Assembly: GCA_963713605.1 (NCBI GenBank) | Contig: CAVQMO010000012.1 | Coordinates: forward strand, 160,001-224,000 | Length of the DNA stretch: 64,000 nt | Reading direction: 5' to 3' | Source of the DNA: an uncultured Nitrososphaerales archaeon | GTDB taxonomy: Archaea; Thermoproteota; Nitrososphaeria; Nitrososphaerales; Nitrososphaeraceae | Shown here: positions 56,733-64,000 of the stretch, in pieces | How the letters are laid out: each line of letters begins with the position of its first letter | Position numbering within the stretch: the stretch's first letter is position 1 | Notes under the pieces: model-generated | What the model saw: only the letters and a program-made list of their open reading frames with translations | Databases searched by the model: none | Told to the model about the DNA's origin: nothing | Position numbers and translations under genes: made by a program

Positions 56733-58145
56733 ATGAGCTATAAACTCATACGTATATTGCCGCTAATTTTCTTGACAACAGTTATGATATACGTACTCCG
56801 TTATCAACATACGCAAAAGATTATCAGAGCACATCTAATTTAATTAATGAGTGCTCTTCAGAAGATGGCAGTACATTGTGCTAATAATAATGCAGAGACT
56901 ATAGGGGATGAGAATATTGTAAGTCCCCAAGTCACCCAGTCTTCACAAGTTGAGACTAGATCTGATGGTCGGCCAGGTCCGCCAGGTCCAGCTGGACCTG
57001 CGGGTCCTCCTGGCGCAACCGGAGCTATTGGGGCACAGGGTGAAACCGGTCCTCAGGGATTAACTGGACCACAGGGACCACAGGGCGAGCCGGGTCAGCT
57101 GCCGCCGTGGAGCTATCTCACTTTTGAAAATTGCACTGGATCGAATCAAAACCATGATGTTACTTGCAATGTGCATGACGAAACAGGAATTACTCAAATA
57201 ACGTGTACAGTTGAACATCCGGCTATACTGGGCGGGCCCAACGTGGGTGAGTGTAGTACAAATACGGAGTGGGAACTCAGGTGCACCATTCCACCACAAC
57301 CAGGGGTTTTTGGATGCTATCTAACTTCCGGTCTAATTTCTGACTATATCTTCTTTGAACAATTTGCCCCAAATCAGCAATTTTCAAATCCTGATATCAC
57401 AGTAGACAAACAAACTGGTAACATATTTGTCGCAGATTACTTTAATAATCGTGTAGTAAAATTTGACGCAAGTGGTAATGTAATTACTCAATGGGGAAGT
57501 GCTGGATCTGGTGATGGGGAGTTTCATAACCCTCAGGATGTGGCAATAGACTCATCTGGCAATCTTTATGTTACTGACACAAATAACCACAGGATTCAGA
57601 AATTTGATAATGATGGCCAATTCATTTCAACTTTTGGATCAGGCGAGCTAGCATTTCTAGGTCGTCTAGCATTTGATTCTAATGACATACTTTATGTTAC
57701 TGAACCAGATAACGGCCGTGTACAGATGTTTAACACCGACGGCCAGTCGGTTGGGACTATCGCTGAGGGCCAACTTAGTTTTCCAGTGGGAATAGGTGTA
57801 GATTCATCTGATAATGTTTATGTGGCTGAGAGTGGAGCTTCGGGTAACCCGTCTAAAGTGAACAAGTTCACCAGCTCCGGTCAATTTATAACTTCATGGG
57901 GTTCACTGGGATCTAATCCAGGTCAATTTAATCAACCCAAGGGATTGACTTTGGATGAAAGCGATAATGTATATGTCGCTGATGAGTTCAACAATAGAAT
58001 TCAAAAGTTTGATAGCGATGGCAACTTCATTACGGAAATTGGTCAAGATAGACTAAACCATCCAATCGACGTAGCGGTAGATTCACAGGGACGAGTATAT
58101 GCTTCGGATTCTGATGAGATTCTGATCTATACTCCAACATTATAG
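56733..58145 (+). CDS. Secreted collagen-like + Cys domain + NHL beta-propeller protein; N-terminus broken by two indels
   Basis: Gly-X-Y run [10 protein letters not shown]...GEPGQ; NHL repeats ([26 protein letters not shown]). Signal peptide [20 protein letters not shown] at 56733 and INECSSEDG lie in other frames. Confidence 0.9.
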
Positions 58146-58582
58146 CTTGGACTGAAGTTGGTTTGAACTATGAAAAAACAAGTAGACCAGTTTTTTGACA
58201 ATTGACAATCCTGACATTTATTGACAATTCCACTAGGGAAGCATTGTATAGTCGTAAGTAATAATGACCAGTAGTTGATGAGCGTAGATTAGTAGCAAGC
58301 GACCGAGAATTTTGTAAAATGTTCAAATCAACGCGAGCTATAAATGAGAGTTTGGTACTCCTCATTGGAGCTTGTGTTGGAATGGAACTTTTTATTATGG
58401 AGTTAGATACAAGTTATACGCACTATATATGGTTTGTTTACGCTTTCTTTTCAACTTCTCTGTTCCAAATTGTAAGATCAATTTAGAAAAAATGAGAAAA
58501 CAACCATCGAAGTTGGCTCTACCTGCAGATAAAAGCCGATATATAATTTTAACTTGCGAAGATTTTAATAACTGCAATAAAA

Positions 58583-58732
58583 ATGGCTTGCGACATGCAA
58601 GAAATTCAAAAAGCAACATGTAGCTCATGTGGAACAACATTTGTAGCCGAAAGTGCTACGACAACTTTATGTCCATCATGTTCTGCATATAAAGAACAGC
58701 ATCAACACAGCGGCTGTGGTTGTGGGCACTAG
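58583..58732 (+). CDS. 49-aa zinc-ribbon micro-protein with a His/Cys tail (missed by the ORF track)
   Basis: MACDMQEIQKATCSSCGTTFVAESATTTLCPSCSAYKEQHQHSGCGCGH*; TATA-like tttaata about 20 nt upstream, T-tract downstream, paralog at 11.6 kb. Confidence 0.85.
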   Translation: MACDMQEIQKATCSSCGTTFVAESATTTLCPSCSAYKEQHQHSGCGCGH

Positions 58733-58878
58733 CTTAATCTTTTTCCATTTTTTTATTTCGTCTAGATTTCATTCATATTAATCACATGAGTATAGCATAT
58801 CATTATATAACTTGTTCATATAAACACAGCATGTCTTCTCATGAAATATCCGAGTCTAGGAAATTGAATTGTAGAACG

Positions 58879-59271
58879 TCAGGCTATCGAAGAACTGGAG
58901 TTACCAATGTTGAATATTCTCCTCCAATATCTATTAACTAATCTTATAGATTCAAATATGATGTTCCAATATGATGTCAATAAACTGATTGAATTATATT
59001 TTAATTCATCATTGAGTTGATTTTGTATGTAATAATGTGTATTGACATGCTGATCATTCAAAACTATCTGAGAAGTATTTGGAGTTTGCACTAATTTTCG
59101 TATATCATTAATATTGTTTTGAATGCCTGCATTGCGGCAGTAAATATGAATTCTTTCATCAGTATACGTTGAACAAGATGAGCATATGAAGCGTAATACA
59201 TCTTGGCAGACATCACAATATGAATGGGGTATAAGAGTCGCGCCGCATCTTACACAAACAGTTGAACCCAT
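58879..59271 (-). CDS. Triple-CxxC zinc-ribbon protein; paralog of 2318..2830
   Basis: MGSTVCVRCG...YCDVC...FICSSC...DERIH...QLNDELKYNS. Confidence 0.78.
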   Translation of the reverse strand: MGSTVCVRCGATLIPHSYCDVCQDVLRFICSSCSTYTDERIHIYCRNAGIQNNINDIRKLVQTPNTSQIVLNDQHVNTHYYIQNQLNDELKYNSISLLTSYWNIIFESIRLVNRYWRRIFNIGNSSSSIA

Positions 59272-59443
59272 AGCTGCGCTATCAGATATCAGATCTTTTA
59301 TGTTTTCAGGAACAAAGTTAATAGAGCAGACTAAATATCTATGCTCCAAAACTTTGAATATTTAATACATTTCTATATAGACTAACTTGGTAAATTGCTG
59401 CCGTTAGCCAGATTGAAAACTTGACTATTTGATATTTAGATTA

Positions 59444-59817
59444 TCATCTTCTGGCAATTATTATTATTGTTACCGTGATTATAACATATGAGATCTGAAA
59501 TATTTCTATTGCAACTGCCAATTCAATTATCCCCGGTGGCGCCAACTGTGGGTTCCTAACCGTGTCAATAACCACGTAACCAGTTAAACCTACTAACACA
59601 GCCGTACCCGCAATTCCGATAATATACCAAATTCTACCCCACCTTTTTACCATTGGCAAAACCCAGAAGAGCTGTGCCAGACCAGAAATTATGAAAAACG
59701 TAGTATATTCGATACCAGCAATAATCGAGCTTGGAACCAACATGAGGTGTAAAATTCCAGCTATTCCGGTACAACTGCCGCCCCCAAATATAGGAATGTC
59801 CTATTAGCATTGACCAT
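59444..59817 (-). CDS. Four-TM membrane protein, frameshift near 59770
   Basis: MVNANRTFLYLGAA joins TGIAGILHLMLVP...FFIISGLAQLFWVLPMVKRWG. Confidence 0.72.
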
Positions 59818-60291
59818 TTCCGACCCCAATCCACCTAACTATTATTAATGCTGTAAACTGACAGTGCTCAACTATATTACAGTTGTTGTATGCTTAACAC
59901 GCTAACTCGTTCTTTAAAGCATTTCCAAGCCGACTCGTAATGAGATTTAGATATGATTATCGATTCGAATGTATAGTCGTACTGTAAGAATATGATAAAT
60001 CGCCAATTCATGGAGTCTAATAGACTGTTTATGATAGGTTAATTAACCGGCTCTAGCGTCTTATTTATCCAACAAGTATTCTCGGACTCGGTGACGGGTA
60101 GACATGTTTACTAATGATATGTTAAATAGTAATAAAGTATTTTTTAGAGAATCCAGCGACGCGGTCTATCTAAGTCATACATCTGAATCAAACACTCCAA
60201 AATTGAGAGAACAGATCAACTATTTGTAGTGTTACAAAGTGTTGCAGGTTAGACCCAATCTATTTATATTATATCATACGTCGCTAAGAAT

Positions 60292-61191
60292 ATGGGTAGC
60301 GTATTATTTCTTACTTCAATCCTAGGATTGTTGCTTGTATTGGCATATTTTAGTCCACTTGGTTCGAATGATATGAATGCTCTTGGATCAGTATCAGAAG
60401 ATGATGATGAGGATGACTCTACGGTTGAACAACCAGCGCAGCAACCTCTACCTAGCAATAATACGTCAGGCGGCATTGCAACGAGTATTTATGACACGCA
60501 TGAATTCAATGCGGGAGATGGTGTACAAAATTTGTTTATTCTGATACCAAATGAAGCACATCATGGCCCCGGAGAAGAAGATGAATCAAGATATCTAACT
60601 CAACCATTTGTACCTGAGAGTGTCACTATAACTCCAGGAACTAATGTTGTTTGGTTTAATGGTGATGTCGGACACGAGCATAATATAGCCATCTCTGGTG
60701 GCAGTAGTGGTGGCGAACCTAACCCACTCTATCAAACAGGAGAGTTTTCTGAATTTGATGCACGAAATTATACATTTAACGATGCAGGGGACTTTAGTTA
60801 TGCAGATACTGTGGAATATGAAAATGGATTCATAATGAGAGGAAATATTAGCGTAGCCGATTCATCTCAACAGGGAACAACTGGAAGCAATCCTCATAGC
60901 GTCGGACTTCTAATGGTACCTACAGAAGACCTAGCTCAATACACACAAGATCTTCAAAGTAGAGGTATTGTAATTGACAGCACGCATAACTTTCCTGATC
61001 TCAGAGAGGGCGACGAACAAACATTAGTTGTGTGGGAAGCACCTGAAAGCACTGATACTCCTGCAATATTAGCGGACCTAGCCGAGGTGTCACAACAATT
61101 TCCATACAGCTCGATTGAGAGACACTTAGCTCAAGAAGCCAGAGTGTACATGCGCATCCACCTAATGGGAACCGCCGACTGTTCTATTTGA
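60292..61191 (+). CDS. Secreted cupredoxin (plastocyanin-like) domain protein with an atypical copper site
   Basis: FVPESVTITPGTNVVWFNGD..HEHNI, YTFNDAGDFSY...MRGNISV; the type-1 Cys and second His are absent. Confidence 0.82.
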   Translation: MGSVLFLTSILGLLLVLAYFSPLGSNDMNALGSVSEDDDEDDSTVEQPAQQPLPSNNTSGGIATSIYDTHEFNAGDGVQNLFILIPNEAHHGPGEEDESRYLTQPFVPESVTITPGTNVVWFNGDVGHEHNIAISGGSSGGEPNPLYQTGEFSEFDARNYTFNDAGDFSYADTVEYENGFIMRGNISVADSSQQGTTGSNPHSVGLLMVPTEDLAQYTQDLQSRGIVIDSTHNFPDLREGDEQTLVVWEAPESTDTPAILADLAEVSQQFPYSSIERHLAQEARVYMRIHLMGTADCSI

Positions 61192-61239
61192 TACATCGGC
61201 GCATCTCAGAGCGAACCTCGTAGCAGGCTATATTAGACA

Positions 61240-61752
61240 TGCTTAGCGTCTTATCCGTTTATACTTTACAGCTAGCTTTTTCGATCTTATCTAATACATC
61301 AGCTGGTGGTTTAGAAATATCTTCTCCTACATGGCGATATTTCCCGTTATGATCAGTGGTTTTATATCCTCATCTACACTATTTCCACAACTTCTGCAAA
61401 CATTATATGATCTCCCAGCTCTTCTTGTTTCACTAATTTATACTCTGCATTCATAGCTCCGCCCTGAACCATCAATACATTGATACTCTTTGCAGTATAG
61501 AAAACAATTAACCCCGCCTCTTTAATTAATGATATTTTATCCGTTTCTCTACCACAATATCTCCCAAGCCAAGCCTACAGACGACATTCTGATCTGTTGC
61601 AGCTAAGTTAACACCAAATTCTCTTGAAGATTGAATATTCTCTGCCGTAGCATCATTGTCCTCTTACATAAATTGCAATAAGACTTGGAGAATAAGATAT
61701 GTGATGTGTCCATTCTGCAGACATTATATCTAGTCCAGCTGGACCATTTGTG
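61240..61752 (-). pseudogene. Flavin reductase-like gene, 5'-truncated and multiply frameshifted
   Basis: TNGPAGLDIMSAEWTHHISYSPSLIAI..., ATAENIQSSREFGVNLAATDQ, INVLMVQGGAMNAEC. Confidence 0.8.
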
Positions 61753-61917
61753 CTAGTTCATCGACAATAGAATTTCTTTAGCATATAGAAGATCGGCATA
61801 ATAATCTGTTCCAACAGGTATTATAAAGAACAATTGAAATAGAAACTTTAGCAGGAATATTATGATGATTATGGCAATAATAACTAGAATTACGTACACT
61901 AATGTTCCTAATACCAT
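61753..61917 (-). CDS. 54-aa single-TM micro-protein (missed by the ORF track)
   Basis: MVLGTLVYVILVIIAIIIIIFLLKFLFQLFFIIPVGTDYYADLLYAKEILLSMN*; paralog at 9649..9789. Confidence 0.8.
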   Translation of the reverse strand: MVLGTLVYVILVIIAIIIIIFLLKFLFQLFFIIPVGTDYYADLLYAKEILLSMN

Positions 61918-61990
61918 TTCAATCTAAGATGTTCAAAATAGTATTAATAGGATTAAACTCTCAGGAAAGTCAGACGATATAGATGCTAAG

Positions 61991-62074
61991 ATGTATGCGA
62001 CTTTTTCTTGCGTAGATTGCGGTCGAGAATTTCAAACTCGTGAAGAGTTAGAAGATCACGAGAGTACTCATTGA
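61991..62074 (+). CDS. 27-aa single C2H2 zinc-finger micro-protein (missed by the ORF track)
   Basis: MYATFSCVDCGREFQTREELEDHESTH* matches F-x-C-x2-C-x3-F-x5-L-x2-H-x3-H exactly. Confidence 0.78.
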   Translation: MYATFSCVDCGREFQTREELEDHESTH

Positions 62075-62258
62075 ATTCAATTATGGATCTTGAGCAACCA
62101 ATTAATGGATCCAGGAGATCATTTTGGATAACTTTAGACTCTAGACTAACTATTGATCGAAGTTTTTTGAATATTTAAAAGTTGGATCTTAATAGGTACA
62201 ATCAAATCGCATACAATCAAAATAAAAAGAGGCGTGTATTAGGAATTAGAATAATGCT

Positions 62259-62582
62259 CTAGTTATTATTACCGCCCTCCTCGCTCTCTCCATCACTACC
62301 GTCGTCTCCTCCGTCTCCATCACCGTCTCCGTTTCCGCCGTCATCGCCGCCTCCACCAACATCGCTTGCAGAGGGCATACTAATATATCTTCCAGTCATA
62401 TTTCCTCCAGTCATATTTCCTCCAGTCATATTTCCTCCAGTCATATTTCCTCCAGTCATATTTCCTCCAGTCATATTTCCTCCAGTCATGTTTGACTGGG
62501 CATACATCGTGGATGCAAGTCCAGTCATCAACACCGACGCAACTATTGCGACGCCTATGGCTACATATATTTGGCTTTTCAT
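62259..62582 (-). CDS. Secreted micro-protein with seven NMTG units and an acidic Gly/Asp tail
   Basis: MKSQIYVAIG...TMYA-QS(NMTGG)6NMTGR...EEGGNNN. Confidence 0.85.
   Translation of the reverse strand: MKSQIYVAIGVAIVASVLMTGLASTMYAQSNMTGGNMTGGNMTGGNMTGGNMTGGNMTGGNMTGRYISMPSASDVGGGGDDGGNGDGDGDGGDDGSDGESEEGGNNN
62391..62492 (-). repeat. 15-bp coding tandem repeat, seven copies (tccagtcatatttcc on the + strand)
   Basis: Copies start at 62391, 62406, 62421, 62436, 62451, 62466 and 62481. Confidence 0.96.
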
Positions 62583-63213
62583 CGAACTGCCATTCATCTT
62601 ATGATATATAGTAATTCCAGTACGTATCAACTAGAAGAAAGTTTATGGCTTAACTTTTATTGGGAGAACAATGAAAATAGAAATCATCCACAGTAATCTT
62701 CCGGGTACCGAGGACTGTAATGGTTTTATTGAATATTGTACAACAATACGATGGCAAGCGAAATTCTGACATATTCATCAAGACATAGCCGATGTAGGTA
62801 TGTGCTTCCCATCGATTAGCCGTTATAACTATAGAGCAGACCTACTTAGATCTGTTTCTGATGGCTTGGCAGCGTGTTCCACAGATTTCATGATAGATTG
62901 CTCAAACAAAGAGCATGGGGTTGGACTAGGTTGTCAGGCTACTACAATAACCAGGTAAGTTTGGGTGTCTAATGACTTCTTATTTCAGCTTATAATCTAG
63001 ATAATAGTAAGCAGCGCCCATATCTACATTTTTTTGTAATCGGACGTTCGATAATTCATTTCAGTTATTAGCGGTAGAAAAATAGATTCTCTTTCTATAA
63101 CTAACAACTATCTATTGTTATATACAATAAACCATCTATACTAAAATCAAGTATTTTTTGGATAGCCCAATAAATGCATCCCGTAATAACTCATGTTTTC
63201 TATAGCATATGAG

Positions 63214-63411
63214 ATGAGACGGACTATAGAGTGTAATTGTAATCGTAGGGTTACTAATGTTAGATCTTCCAGATTTGAGATAAATAGTTCTATAATAGAG
63301 CTTGAATGTAATATTTGTAGTGGCTTGGTTGGATGGTGGCATAGTCCAACAAAAAAGATCATGCTATTAAAGCGAAAATGGTCTCGGGAAGAGCGCCTGG
63401 ATATGCGATAA
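63214..63411 (+). CDS. Cys-rich micro-protein; paralog of 51063..51254
   Basis: MRRTIECNCNRR...IELECNICSGLVGWW...KRKWSREERLDMR. Confidence 0.75.
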   Translation: MRRTIECNCNRRVTNVRSSRFEINSSIIELECNICSGLVGWWHSPTKKIMLLKRKWSREERLDMR

Positions 63412-63956
63412 TTTCTAAGTTAAGTTAGGTTGGAATGTTTTCCAGCGATCTCTATATATAGCAAAGTCATAGCAGATAGATTTGCTACTGCAGAAATACC
63501 AGCAGATTCAATATATTCGGCTTTTGTTATGGGTATAACTAAATTAGTTCTGTGTTAAGTCCTATATTTATATATTTACTCATGCACTTTTTAGTACACC
63601 TGAACCATGCCGGCCATCTCTTTTAGTCAGTTAGCCCTATTCTTCATATTTGGCGCCCTGCCCTAATAGCGATTATGAAAAGTTGGTTTGGGGATGGCTA
63701 TCCCCATTCTATGCCTGCAATTAATTATGATTCATAAGTCTTAAGCATGGGCATAGAAGTGCTAATAATCAACCAGATCAGATTTTTGCTGAATATAACT
63801 AATAATTAACCGGTGCTATTTGTTGTTCACCATTATAGCTAACAAGAGTTACCAATCTCTCCATTTGGCCGCTGTTAGGATCGGAATAATTGAGTACGAT
63901 AGTTATCTAATCAGTACTTACTTTTTTCTAAATTTCCATTAACGATTGAAATAATC

Positions 63957-64000
63957 TTAACGACCAACAGATGCGAATGCGCCGCCTCCACCTGCTGATG
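63957..64000 (-). CDS. 3' end of a gene running off the window
   Basis: ...SAGGGGAFASVGR* on the minus strand. Confidence 0.35.
   Translation of the reverse strand, partial: SAGGGGAFASVGR

Overview
AT-rich archaeal DNA, most consistent with a soil ammonia-oxidising archaeon of the Nitrososphaerales (Nitrosocosmicus/Nitrososphaera-like). This assignment is inferred from gene content: CopD/CopC, a SelB-like factor without a P-loop, DUF1059 proteins, a PPOX F420 enzyme, a cupredoxin, and soluble kinases with stand-alone receivers. The window is an accessory region; I found no rRNA, tRNA, CRISPR array or intact transposase. It holds intact enzymes (VOC, isochorismatase, cupin, serine hydrolase, EEP nuclease, S8 protease, methyltransferase, alpha/beta hydrolase), many frameshifted, truncated or chimeric genes, and numerous micro-protein genes, several missed by the ORF track. 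Most notable: (1) three secreted Q/N-ladder, two-Cys micro-proteins sharing a conserved ~60-bp upstream element, plus a curlin-like N/S/Q repeat protein and a collagen-NHL protein with a related motif, together a candidate archaeal amyloid/matrix system; (2) secreted NMTGG variable-repeat peptides; (3) many Cys/His metal-binding micro-proteins, including a consensus 27-aa C2H2 finger and a 49-aa metallothionein-like peptide; (4) paralog cassettes at 8-12 kb mirrored in inverted order at 58-62.6 kb. All functional calls come from motif recognition by eye, not database searches.
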